From the NCBI GenBank assembly GCA_963768655.1, contig CAVYIM010000003.1, positions 32,001 through 96,000 on the forward strand: a stretch of 64,000 nucleotides of DNA, written 5' to 3'. The DNA is from an uncultured Chloroflexia bacterium. Its GTDB lineage: Bacteria > Chloroflexota > Limnocylindria > Limnocylindrales > CSP1-4. Numbering within the stretch: the first letter of the stretch is position 1; every line of letters begins with the position of its first letter. The translations under genes and the position numbers were made by a program. This document shows, in pieces, positions 37,151-46,827 of this stretch. A model generated the notes under the pieces. The model worked only from the letters and a program-made list of their open reading frames with translations, was not told where the DNA came from and ran no database searches.

Positions 37151-38368
37151 CTAGGGCTGATACAGCTCGGCCGAGTCGTAGACCATGTCCTGGTCCGCCC
37201 CGCCCGCAATCAGGACCTGGCCGTTGGCAAGCGAGGTCGCCGTGTGGTTGCCGCGGGCGTCGTTGAGCGAGCCCGTCGCCGTGAACGACCCGCTGGACGG
37301 ATCGAACAGCTCGGCCGACGCCAGGCCGTTGCCGTCGGCGTCCACGCCGCCGGCCAGCAGGACAAGACCGCTCGGCAGCAAGTTGGCCGTGTGAGCGACC
37401 CGCGTGGTCGTCATCGCGTCCGTGGCCGTGAACGTCCCCGACGTGGGGTCGAACAGCTCGGCGCTCTGGAGGAGCGTCTGGTTGGCGTCTACTCCGCCCG
37501 CCACCAGGACCTGGCCGTTGTTCAGCAGCGTTGCGGTCTGGCCGAATTGCTCGGTCGTCATCGAGCCGGTCGCGGTGAAGGTGCCGGAGTCGGGGTGGTA
37601 GATCTCCGCGGTGGCCAGCGTGTCGCCGTTCTCGTCCTGGCCGCCGGTAAGGAGGACCGTACCGTCCTTCAGGAGCGTGGCTGTCTGGCCCCATCGTCCG
37701 GAAGTCATATTGCCGGTGGGCGTGAAGGTGTTGGTGCTGGGGTCGAAAATCTCGGCCGAGGCGATGCCGTAGTCGTTGACGTCCGCCCCTCCGGCGATGA
37801 GGACCTTGCCGTTCTGGAGGAGCGTGGCCGTCTGGTTCACGCGCCCGACCGACATCTTGCCGACCGTGGTGAACGCGTTCTTGGAGGGGTCGAACGTCTC
37901 GGCGGAGTCGAGCGGCTCGACGCTGTCGTTCTCGCCTCCGGTGATCAGAACCCGGCCATCCTGGAGCACGGTCTCCGTCTGGCCCCAGCGCTCAACCTTC
38001 ATCGATCCGGTGGCGGTGAACTTGCCGGTCTTGGGATCGAAGATCTCGGCCGAAGCCAGAGTGGCGCCGTTGTCGTCCTGGCCGCCCACGATCAGGACCC
38101 GGCCGTCGGGCAGCAGGCCGTCCGTTTGCGACCGGCGCGGGGTCGTCATGGATCCAGTTCGCGTGAACTTGCCTATCGGGATCGCCGAAGGGGTGGCGAC
38201 GGTGCTGGGCGCGGCGGACGTGGAAGACGAGGCGCCTGCGGTCATCGAGGCGGGTGGGGTCATCGAGGGGGTCGGAACGAGGAGATTGGGCGTCGCCGTC
38301 TGGGTGCCACACCCGGCCACAACCAACAGCACGAGCGCAGCGCTCGCAACCCGCGACAACAAGCGCAC
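37151..38368 (-). CDS. Kelch-repeat lipoprotein
   Basis: Signal peptide with VVAGC lipobox, a Ser/Thr/Pro linker and about 7 Kelch repeats (QTATLLxDGxVLxxGG...SAExFDP). Confidence 0.9.
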   Translation of the reverse strand: MRLLSRVASAALVLLVVAGCGTQTATPNLLVPTPSMTPPASMTAGASSSTSAAPSTVATPSAIPIGKFTRTGSMTTPRRSQTDGLLPDGRVLIVGGQDDNGATLASAEIFDPKTGKFTATGSMKVERWGQTETVLQDGRVLITGGENDSVEPLDSAETFDPSKNAFTTVGKMSVGRVNQTATLLQNGKVLIAGGADVNDYGIASAEIFDPSTNTFTPTGNMTSGRWGQTATLLKDGTVLLTGGQDENGDTLATAEIYHPDSGTFTATGSMTTEQFGQTATLLNNGQVLVAGGVDANQTLLQSAELFDPTSGTFTATDAMTTTRVAHTANLLPSGLVLLAGGVDADGNGLASAELFDPSSGSFTATGSLNDARGNHTATSLANGQVLIAGGADQDMVYDSAELYQP

Positions 38369-38521
38369 GGCTCTTCCTCCACTACGTTTCCACGATCCTC
38401 GGCGCAGGATGCTCCGGCGCGCAACGCCTCCAGTCTACCCAGTCCGCGCTGAGATGAGTTTCCGCCGTGGTTCGGGCCAGGCGAGCCGCCCGCGCCGGGC
38501 GGCCGTGCCCGTGGCTACGAC

Positions 38522-39652
38522 ATGGCATACGATCCGGTCGTGAGCGAGCCTGCCGCGGACCGCGGCCTTCAGCGGACCCCGATGATCGTCGACTGCGACA
38601 CCGGCATCGACGACAGCCTGGCGCTGCTGTACGGCGTGGCCTCCCCCGACTGCGATCTAGTGGCCGTGACCTGCACCGCCGGCAATGTCGACGCTCGCCA
38701 GGTCGCCGAGAACACCCGCGCAGTGCTCGAGCTGGCCGAGCGTCCGGACGTGGAAGTCGCCATCGGCCGCGAGACGCCCCTCGCCCGCCGGCTCATCACC
38801 ACGCCCGAGACTCATGGGCCGCGTGGCATCGGCTACGCGGAGCTGCCCCCGACTCGCACGCCGCTCTCCCGGCGCTTCGGCCCCGACCTGATCGTCGAGG
38901 AAGCCCGCCGCCGGCCCGGGGAGCTGACCCTCGTGACGCTGGCGCCGCTCACCAACGTGGCGCTGGCCGTCCTGCGCGAACCCGAACTCCCCCGGCTGCT
39001 CCGCCGCGTGGTCATCATGGGCGGCTCCTACCGGTCCGCCGGCAACACCGCGCCCACGACCGAGTGGAACATCAACGTCGACCCTGAGGCGGCCGGGATC
39101 GTCTTCGACGCATTCGGCGCCGAGGGTTCCGACGGAGAGCCGAACGGCCGCTCGACTCGACCGACCGCGCTCGGGCTCGACGTGACCGAACGAGCCAAGC
39201 TTTTGCCAGAGCACCTGGCGCGGCTGGCCGCGCTGGCCGGCTGCGAGCCCGACGGCTCAGTGCGCGGCGCCCCGGGCGCGGGCGGCAGTTCGGGCGCGCG
39301 CTCCATCAACCCGATCATCCGCTACGTCGCCGACGCGCTGCGCTTCTACATGGAGTTCCACAGCCGCTACGACGGCTTCTACGGCGCCTTCATCCACGAC
39401 CCGCTGGCCCTCGCGACGGCGCTGGATCCCACGCTCGTGCGCACCGAGGCCGTAACGGTGGAAGTGGAGCTGGGCGGACGCCTCACAACTGGCGAGACCG
39501 TGACGGACTGGCGCCGCGTGTGGGGCAGGCCACCGAACGTGGACGTGGCGGTGACGGCGGACGCGGGCCGCTTCTTCGAAAGCTTCATCGAGCGGCTCGG
39601 GAGACTGGCGGCGGACTGGGATCCGGGCGCCCAACCGCGGGATCGCGGCTGA
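38522..39652 (+). CDS. Inosine/uridine-preferring nucleoside hydrolase family protein
   Basis: DCDTGIDD Ca-binding motif, THGPRG, APLTNVA, MGG, EWNINVDPEAA and HDPLA. Confidence 0.93.
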   Translation: MAYDPVVSEPAADRGLQRTPMIVDCDTGIDDSLALLYGVASPDCDLVAVTCTAGNVDARQVAENTRAVLELAERPDVEVAIGRETPLARRLITTPETHGPRGIGYAELPPTRTPLSRRFGPDLIVEEARRRPGELTLVTLAPLTNVALAVLREPELPRLLRRVVIMGGSYRSAGNTAPTTEWNINVDPEAAGIVFDAFGAEGSDGEPNGRSTRPTALGLDVTERAKLLPEHLARLAALAGCEPDGSVRGAPGAGGSSGARSINPIIRYVADALRFYMEFHSRYDGFYGAFIHDPLALATALDPTLVRTEAVTVEVELGGRLTTGETVTDWRRVWGRPPNVDVAVTADAGRFFESFIERLGRLAADWDPGAQPRDRG

Positions 39653-39779
39653 TCCGCCACGCGACATCACGACGACTGTGGCCCGTTGCACCTGGCGGCC
39701 GGGCACCAGACCTGGCAAGCTTTCGCGGCGCGGCACCCGAGCATCCTGACCTGGCCGCGCCAGATGCCGGAGGTCTTCG

Positions 39780-40976
39780 ATGAGCTTCGATTGGCTGCAC
39801 GTCTGCACGGCTAACGACGCGACGGCGTGCGTGCAACCCGTCCAGGTGGCGTACCTGGCGGCCCTTCTGCTCGGCGTGGTCATCTTCGCCTTCGCCCTGG
39901 CGCGAAGCCGATACTTCCGGACCGCGACCCTGGCCCTCATTCCGGTCGCGATCGCGATCGACATCGCGATGGGCTCGATCGTCGCCTACCTGAAACTGCC
40001 CATCTATCTCGACTCGATCGGCACCGTCCTCGTCGGAGTGCTGTGCGGACCGCTCGCGGGCGCCCTGACCGGTCTCCTGTCTGACCTCATCTGGTCGATC
40101 CTGCCCCTGCCGGGCGGCGGCGGCCCGACGATCGCGTTCTTCGCGCCGGTCGGCGGGGTCATCGGACTGATGGCCGGGTTCTGGGCCGGCCGCGGAGTCT
40201 TCCGACTGCGTTCGGGCGACGAGCGAGTCGGGTCGTTCCTGGCCCTGGCCGCCGGAGTCGCCGCGGCCGCGGTCGCGCTGCTGGCCATCCAGCAGACCGC
40301 CGGCATCCCCAGCGTCAGCGGCACCACCGACGACCAGAACCATTTCGTCCTCATGTCCGTCGCCATCTTGATCGTCGCGGTTCTCGTGGCGCTGGTCTCG
40401 CGACGAACCATCTTTGCCTTCAAGCGGGACGACAGGCGGATCCTGCCTTCGCTCGCCGTCGCGACCGGACTGGCCGCCGGAGTCCTGGCGCTGGCCGTTC
40501 TGCGCCTGCTGTTCGCCCCCGTCGGCTATTTCTCGACGATCAACGGCGACCCTACGTTCCTGAACGGCCTGAACCTGACGGGACTCGCTTTCCCGGATCC
40601 GGCCGCCATGGTCGGCGCCCTCGTAGTTGCCGTCCTGGCCGCTCTGGGCGCCGGCTACTGGGCTTCGCGCGGCGAGAACGCGCGCCTCTTCCCAGTCTGG
40701 ATCGGCGGGCTGACGACGGGTCTGGTAGCGGCGAGCATGTCCGCCCCCATCGCCGCCGGCGTGTTCGGCGGCGTCACCGGCGGCGGCACCGATGCCCTGG
40801 TCGCTCTCTTCCGCACCCTCGGCCTGAACGTCTTCCAGTCGGCGTTCGCCCAGGGGCTGACGAGCGATCCGCTCGACAAGACGATCAGCTACACGGTCGT
40901 CTTCCTGATCCTCGCGGCGCTGCCCGTCTCGGTCCGGACGATGTTCAGCCACGGCGAGGACACGGTCGCCGAGTGA
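39780..40976 (+). CDS. ECF transporter substrate-specific (S) component, enlarged
   Basis: LALIPVAIAIDI...KLPIYLDSIGTVL at the start and FGGVTGGG...DPLDK at the end, with about 180 aa of extra TM segments in between. It lies upstream of the T and A genes. Confidence 0.8.
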   Translation: MSFDWLHVCTANDATACVQPVQVAYLAALLLGVVIFAFALARSRYFRTATLALIPVAIAIDIAMGSIVAYLKLPIYLDSIGTVLVGVLCGPLAGALTGLLSDLIWSILPLPGGGGPTIAFFAPVGGVIGLMAGFWAGRGVFRLRSGDERVGSFLALAAGVAAAAVALLAIQQTAGIPSVSGTTDDQNHFVLMSVAILIVAVLVALVSRRTIFAFKRDDRRILPSLAVATGLAAGVLALAVLRLLFAPVGYFSTINGDPTFLNGLNLTGLAFPDPAAMVGALVVAVLAALGAGYWASRGENARLFPVWIGGLTTGLVAASMSAPIAAGVFGGVTGGGTDALVALFRTLGLNVFQSAFAQGLTSDPLDKTISYTVVFLILAALPVSVRTMFSHGEDTVAE

Positions 40977-41031
40977 GCGGCCGGACCGGGCCCGAACCGG
41001 CCGACGCTCGACGCACCAGGGCCGCCCCGAC

Positions 41032-41811
41032 GTGAGCGCTCGGGCGACCGGCTACTTCCGTCCGGGCGCTTCGTGGCTCCACCGGCGAAATCCGGTCACC
41101 AAGCTGCTGGCCCTGCTGTGGATCGTGCTGGCGGCCTTTCTGCTGCCCTCGCCGGCGCTCCCGGCGCTCGTCGCCCTCGTGGCGGGCGCCGCCGCTTCGG
41201 CTGGACTGCTGCGGGCGGTCGTCAGGGGCCTGCGGATTCCGGCCCTTCTCTTCGCCTCGATCCTGCTGGTCAATTCGTTCTTCTACCCGGGGGCGCGCGA
41301 CACGATCGTGGCGCTGGGTCCGCTGGCGATCACTCGCGAGGGCCTGATCTTCGGGGTCGTCTCGGCGGGGAGGCTGCTGGTCGCGTTCTCGGCCTCCATC
41401 CTGTTCCTCTTCACGACCCTCGCCGACGACCTCCTCGAGGCGCTCGTCGAGCGGGGGGCGAGCCATCGGATCGCGTTCGTGATCCTCTCTTCGGTTCAGA
41501 TGGTGCCGCGTCTGCAGGGCCGCGCCGGAGCGATCCTCGAAGCGCAGCAGGCCCGCGGCCTGGAGATCGGCGGGTCGCTGCCGCGCCGGGCGAGGGCGCT
41601 GATTCCGCTCGCAGGGCCGCTCCTGCTCGGGTCGCTGATCGACGTCCGCGAGAGGACTTTCGCCCTGGAGGCCCGGGCGTTCGGGGCGCGGCCCGCCCGC
41701 ACCGCCTACCGCCTCGTGCCCGATACCGCGGCCGATCGCGCGCTGCGCTGGCTGATCGTGGCCGCGGCGGCCGGTGTCGTGGCGGTGGCGATCGCGAGGC
41801 CACTCGGATGA
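41032..41811 (+). CDS. ECF transporter transmembrane (T) component
   Basis: SWLHRRNPVTKL and the two conserved AQQARG and ALEARA motifs. Confidence 0.9.
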   Translation: MSARATGYFRPGASWLHRRNPVTKLLALLWIVLAAFLLPSPALPALVALVAGAAASAGLLRAVVRGLRIPALLFASILLVNSFFYPGARDTIVALGPLAITREGLIFGVVSAGRLLVAFSASILFLFTTLADDLLEALVERGASHRIAFVILSSVQMVPRLQGRAGAILEAQQARGLEIGGSLPRRARALIPLAGPLLLGSLIDVRERTFALEARAFGARPARTAYRLVPDTAADRALRWLIVAAAAGVVAVAIARPLG

Positions 41812-43601
41812 GCGAGGCCGACGCCCGGGCGGCGACGACGCGCCTGCCTCAGGCCAGTGCGGCCACGGCGCGAGTGGCCCTCGATGGAGTCACGGTCCGG
41901 TATCCGGGGCGGAGCGACGCGGCGCTGGAGCTGTCACTGACCGTCGAGGCGGGCGAGCTCGTCGGCGTCGCGGGACGGACCGGCGCGGGCAAGTCGACCC
42001 TGGCTCTTACTGCCGGAGGCTTCGTGCCGCGCGTGGTCCGGGCCCGAGTCGGCGGCACCGTCCAGATTGACGGCGTGGACGCGCTCCGCTCGGACGGCTC
42101 GGATCTGGCGGGTCGGGTCGGGATCGTCTTCTCCACTCCGGCCAACCAGCTCTCGGCCTCGAAGCCGACCGTGCGCGAAGAGCTGGCCTTCGGCCTCGAG
42201 AACCTGGGCGTGCCGCGCTCCGAGATGGACGGGCGGATCGACGAGGTCCTGGACCGATTGGCCATAGCCCATCTCGCGGATCGGGACCCCTTCGCCCTCT
42301 CTGGCGGGGAGCAGCAACGTGTGGCCATCGCCAGCATCGTGGTCATGGGCACGTCCGTGCTGATCCTCGACGAACCCGTGGCCCAGCTCGACCCGGCCGG
42401 GAGCCGCGGAGTGGCGTCGCTCCTGCGCCAGCTCTCCGGCGAGGGGCGGGCGATCCTCTGCGCCGAGCACGACTCCGGGCTCCTGGCCAACACCGACCGT
42501 TGCCTGGTGCTCGAGTCCGGGCGGGCCGTCGCCCTGGACCGGCCGGGCGTCGCGCTTGGGTCGGCCGTGCAGAGGCCGCTCGGCCTGGAGCCGCCGACCA
42601 TCGTTGCCATCGCGGAGTGGGCCGGCCTCCCGCCGGATCGGGCCTTCGATGAGGAGGCCCTGATCGACGCGCTGCGCCGACTGCCGCAGCCCCCATCGGC
42701 CGGCGGCCACGACCGGGCCGGGCCGCCTTCTTCGGACTCGGTCCCCGCCCTCGACTGGTCGCCGCTGCGCCGCGAATCGACGCCGGCGATCGCCGCGCGC
42801 GGAGTGGCCCACCGCTACCCGGGCGGGCCGGAGGTTCTGCATTGCGCCGATCTGGTCGTCCAGCCCGGCGAGACCGTCGCCATCGTCGGCCAGAATGGCT
42901 CTGGCAAGACGACGCTCGTCAAGCACCTCGACGGCCTGCTCCGACCAGATTCGGGCTGTGTCGAGATCGGAGGCTCCGACATCCGATCGATTCCCGTCGG
43001 GACGCTGGCTCGAACGGTCGGATTCGTCTTCCAGAACCCGGACGACCAACTGTTCAATCGATCGGTCGAGCGAGAGGTCGCCTTCGGGCCCCACAACCTC
43101 GGGCTCGAAAGCCGGCTGGCTCGCGAGCTGGTCGGGCGGGCGCTCGAACTGGCCGGCCTCGCGTCCGTTCGAACCGTCAACCCGTATGACCTCGGGCTGT
43201 CGGTGCGCAAGCTCGTGGCTCTAGCCAGCGTGCTGGCGATGGAGCCGCCCGCCCTGGTTCTCGACGAGCCGACGACCGGCCAGGACGGGCCGGGCGTCGC
43301 GCGGATCGGCGGCATCGTCGACGCCTACCGGCGCGCGGGCCGTACCGTGATCGCGATCACTCACGACATGGAGTTCGCGGCCGGCCACTTCGAGCGGATC
43401 GTGGCGATGCGCGAGGGAGAGATCGTCGCGGATGCCTCGCCCGCCGAGATCTTCGTTCCGGGCCGCGAGGCCCTGCTCGCGTCCACCGGGCTGGCGGCCC
43501 CGGTCGCCGCCCGCCTCGGCGCGCGTCTCGGCCTGGGCTCGACGCCCACGCCGTCATCCCTCCTGGCCGCGCTTGGGACGCCGGCGCGCAGTCCGGAGTA
43601 A
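41808..43601 (+). CDS. ECF transporter double ATPase (A-A' fusion)
   Basis: Two Walker A motifs (GRTGAGKST, GQNGSGKTT), LSGGEQQR, two LDEP and FQNPDDQ. ATGA overlap at 41808. Confidence 0.9.
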   Translation: MSEADARAATTRLPQASAATARVALDGVTVRYPGRSDAALELSLTVEAGELVGVAGRTGAGKSTLALTAGGFVPRVVRARVGGTVQIDGVDALRSDGSDLAGRVGIVFSTPANQLSASKPTVREELAFGLENLGVPRSEMDGRIDEVLDRLAIAHLADRDPFALSGGEQQRVAIASIVVMGTSVLILDEPVAQLDPAGSRGVASLLRQLSGEGRAILCAEHDSGLLANTDRCLVLESGRAVALDRPGVALGSAVQRPLGLEPPTIVAIAEWAGLPPDRAFDEEALIDALRRLPQPPSAGGHDRAGPPSSDSVPALDWSPLRRESTPAIAARGVAHRYPGGPEVLHCADLVVQPGETVAIVGQNGSGKTTLVKHLDGLLRPDSGCVEIGGSDIRSIPVGTLARTVGFVFQNPDDQLFNRSVEREVAFGPHNLGLESRLARELVGRALELAGLASVRTVNPYDLGLSVRKLVALASVLAMEPPALVLDEPTTGQDGPGVARIGGIVDAYRRAGRTVIAITHDMEFAAGHFERIVAMREGEIVADASPAEIFVPGREALLASTGLAAPVAARLGARLGLGSTPTPSSLLAALGTPARSPE

Positions 43602-43812
43602 GCGCCGGACAAGCCGCAGGTGATCTGCCGGCGAGATCCTGCCGACGTGGACGATCTCCAGGTAGGCCGATGGGTACGATCCGCGACGCCGGGCGAGAGC
43701 GCGCGTCAAGGTCCTGAATGGCGCTCATCGGGTGGGAATCTTGCAGAAATGGCGCAGAAGGGCGGCGCCTCTCTCGCCCGGCGCGACCGCGGAACGGCTA
43801 GCCTACGAGGCG

Positions 43813-45048
43813 ATGCGCGTACTCGTGCTCAATCCGGGGTCAAGCTCGCTCAAGTCGAGCGTCGTCGAGTCCTCGACCATTCCGGCGGAGGCGGCCGCGA
43901 CCACGCCGGAGGCGCCGGAAGCACCGGCCGCCGCCGTGTCCGCGGTCGGGCCTCTCGCGCCCGCCGCCGTGCCCGCGCCGCTGGCCAGCGTTGATGTGGA
44001 CTGGGGCGTGGACGCCACCGCCGGAAGCGACCCGGCCGACGACATCCGCGGCCTGCTCCGCCGCTACGAGGCAGCGGGAGTTCCGGCCGCCTCGTTCGGC
44101 GCGGTCGGCTACCGCGTCGTACACGGCGGCGAGCGGTTCCGAGAACCCGTGCTCGTCAACCCGGCCGTGATCGAGGAAGTGGACGCACTGCGCAGCCTGG
44201 CCCCGCTTCACAACGGCATCGCCGTGGCCACGATGAAGGCCGGCCTGGCGGCGATCCCGCTGCTCCCCCACGTGGCGGTTTTCGACACGGCATTCCACGC
44301 GACGCTGCCGGAGGACGCCTTCCGCTATCCCGTCCCGGAGCGCTGGCATCGGGAGTGGGGCGTTCGGCGCTACGGCTTCCACGGCATGTCGGTCGAGTGG
44401 TCCACCGAGCGGGCGGCGCAACTACTGGCCCGTCCCGCCGCCGATCTCCGCCTCGTGGTGGCGCACCTGGGGAGCGGTTGCTCGGTAACAGCGACCGATG
44501 GCGGCCGTTCGGTGGCCACGTCGATGGGCCTCACGCCGCTGGAGGGGCTGATGATGGGCACTCGCAGCGGCTCGATCGACCCCGGGATCCTGTTCTACCT
44601 GCTCCGTCACGGCTGGCTCACGCCCTCCGAGCTGGACGGGCAGCTCGAACACCAATCCGGGCTGGCCGGCGTTTCCGCGCGAACGTCCGACGTGCGCCAA
44701 TTGCTGGATCTGGAAGCCGAGGGCGACGAACGCGCCGGCCTGGCTCTCCGCATCTTCGTGCGACGGGCGGCCGAATGCATCGCGGCGGCAGCGACCTCAC
44801 TGCCGGCCCTGGACGCGATCGTCTTCACCGGCGGGATCGGCGAAAACGCGGCGGGGATCCGCGCCCGCATCGTCGCCCGTCTGGCCTCCGTCGGCCTGGC
44901 GCCGATCGCGGACACTGCGGCGCCTTCGGACGCCGTCATCAGCTCGCCGGGTGCCACGCCTGCCGTCTTGAGGGTTGAGGCCCGCGAGGATCTGGTCGTG
45001 GCGCGCGCCGCTGCGCGGCTGGTCGAGGCCGGCGGCCTCTCAGAATAG
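43813..45048 (+). CDS. ackA: Acetate/propionate kinase
   Basis: MRVLVLNPGSSSLK, RVVHGG, LAPLHN, VFDTAFH, RRYGFHG, HLGSGCS, TPLEGLMMGTRSG and FTGGIGEN. Confidence 0.93.
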   Translation: MRVLVLNPGSSSLKSSVVESSTIPAEAAATTPEAPEAPAAAVSAVGPLAPAAVPAPLASVDVDWGVDATAGSDPADDIRGLLRRYEAAGVPAASFGAVGYRVVHGGERFREPVLVNPAVIEEVDALRSLAPLHNGIAVATMKAGLAAIPLLPHVAVFDTAFHATLPEDAFRYPVPERWHREWGVRRYGFHGMSVEWSTERAAQLLARPAADLRLVVAHLGSGCSVTATDGGRSVATSMGLTPLEGLMMGTRSGSIDPGILFYLLRHGWLTPSELDGQLEHQSGLAGVSARTSDVRQLLDLEAEGDERAGLALRIFVRRAAECIAAAATSLPALDAIVFTGGIGENAAGIRARIVARLASVGLAPIADTAAPSDAVISSPGATPAVLRVEAREDLVVARAAARLVEAGGLSE

Positions 45049-45137
45049 GGCGCCGCGCATCGGCCCACCGGCCTACCGGCCGACCGGTCGGTGTGAGTGC
45101 CTGCTGATCCTCGGCCGCGCTGGACCGTGGCTGCGTC

Positions 45138-45974
45138 CTACAGTTCGCCGGCCAGCTGAGCGAAGGCCCGCACCAGCGCCTGTCTTGCGGCCATCGACGG
45201 GAAGGGCGCCAGCGGCAACGCATCCGTCACCGAGCCGCCGTCGAAGCGGACCCGGCGAGCCAGCTCGGCCAGGGCCGAGAGATCGGCCAGCTGGCCCTCG
45301 ACGAAGGAGCGCCCAACCACGTCCCCATGACCCGGCACGACCGGCCCGTGCGCCACATCGAGCATCCGGCCGACGGTCCCGGGCCAGTCCAGCGGGTAGG
45401 AGTCCTCGAAGGAGGGCGGGCCGCCTTGCTCGATCAGGTCGCCGGCGAAGACCACGTGCACGTCCGGCACGATCGCGACCACGTCGTTGTCGGTATGACC
45501 GCGGCCGAAATGCGTGAGGGTCACGGGTCGACCGCCGAGCTCCAGGTCCACGCTCTCGCGGAACGTCTTGTCGGGCGGCGTGATGCGTGTCTCCACGTAC
45601 TCCGGCGCGACTTCTGGCATTGCGGCTGCGAGCGCGAACTGGGCGGTTCGACTGTCCTCTCGCAGCCGCGTGGCGCATCGCTCGTGGCCCCATATCTCGG
45701 CGGGGACGAAGGCGTAGTTGCCGAAGGCATGGTCGTAGTGGTGATGTGTGTTCACGACCCGCATTCGTGTGGACGTGATCCAGCGGATCTCGTCCATCAG
45801 CTCGCGGCCCTGGCGCTCCGAGGCCCGCGTGTCGATCACCAGCGAGTCGTTGTCGCCGACGACCAGACCGATCGTGACGTTGTAGTCGGAGTAGCGACGG
45901 ACGAAGACCCGGTCGGCGATCTCGCGCCACATCCGGGTCGCGCGCGTTACCGCCGGCTTGATGTAGTAGCTCAT
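45138..45974 (-). CDS. MBL-fold metallo-hydrolase
   Basis: VIDT, NTHHHYDHAFGN, GHTDND, FAGDL and VPGHG. Confidence 0.9.
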   Translation of the reverse strand: MSYYIKPAVTRATRMWREIADRVFVRRYSDYNVTIGLVVGDNDSLVIDTRASERQGRELMDEIRWITSTRMRVVNTHHHYDHAFGNYAFVPAEIWGHERCATRLREDSRTAQFALAAAMPEVAPEYVETRITPPDKTFRESVDLELGGRPVTLTHFGRGHTDNDVVAIVPDVHVVFAGDLIEQGGPPSFEDSYPLDWPGTVGRMLDVAHGPVVPGHGDVVGRSFVEGQLADLSALAELARRVRFDGGSVTDALPLAPFPSMAARQALVRAFAQLAGEL

Positions 45975-46374
45975 TGGCTCACCGTGGGCCGCTGGTTGGG
46001 CACGCGCCGGGGATCATCGCGTCGACGCCGGCCCGCACAGATCGCTCCCCTGATGTGTTCTGACCAGAAAGGTACCGCCGATGACCGCCGCCGGCCCCGC
46101 AACGATGGTCCCGCCGAACATAGCCCGAGCGAATGGGCATCGAGTGGGACGGCCCTCGAAGCTCAACCGCCGTGCCAGCGACCAACGATACCCCGATCGA
46201 GCGTTGACCGGCGGGCGCGGAGTCCAGGTTGCGCCCGGCCGCCGTCAGGCCAGCTGGAAAGCACGCGGCACTGGGCGAGTGAACCACCAGGGGCGCAGGT
46301 GATCGACGTAAGGGACGCGAGAACGCCGTGCCGCGGTTTTCGAACCTGTCCGACCTGAGCTGGGTCAGCCCGAC

Positions 46375-46614
46375 TCAGCCGTCGCCGAAGGGGGCAATCG
46401 TCGCGGCGGGGCTGTCACCGGCGGGGCCGGGCGTCGGCGTGGGGGTCACGATCGGAAGAGGCGTCGGCGTGGGCGTCGGAAGAACCACGAATGTGGGCGG
46501 CTGCGGAAGCGCCGTCTGCTGGGGCGGCATCGCCACCGCGACCCCTACCAGGACCACGAGGGCGGTGACGACACCGAGAAGGGCTGCGAAGAAGAAATTG
46601 AAGCGTCGTGCCAT
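46375..46614 (-). CDS. Small membrane or secreted Pro/Thr-rich protein
   Basis: MARRFNFFFAALLGVVTALVVLVGVAVA hydrophobic N-terminus, followed by PTPTPTP repeats (79 aa). Confidence 0.6.
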   Translation of the reverse strand: MARRFNFFFAALLGVVTALVVLVGVAVAMPPQQTALPQPPTFVVLPTPTPTPLPIVTPTPTPGPAGDSPAATIAPFGDG

Positions 46615-46827
46615 GCCCTGGAGGTTAGCAGGAATCGGTTTCGTTGGCGACCGGCGTGTCGACCGGCGCCGTCCGCATCGGAGCGAAGTCGCACCGCGGC
46701 CACGCTTGCCCACCCACGGAGCCAGGCCACCCCGCCGGCGAAGCCAGGCCGCAGCCATGTTCCCAGGGTCGTATATCAGGGTCTCACCCGAGGCGGATCG
46801 GCGGTTCGCCTGCTAGGATGCCGGCCA

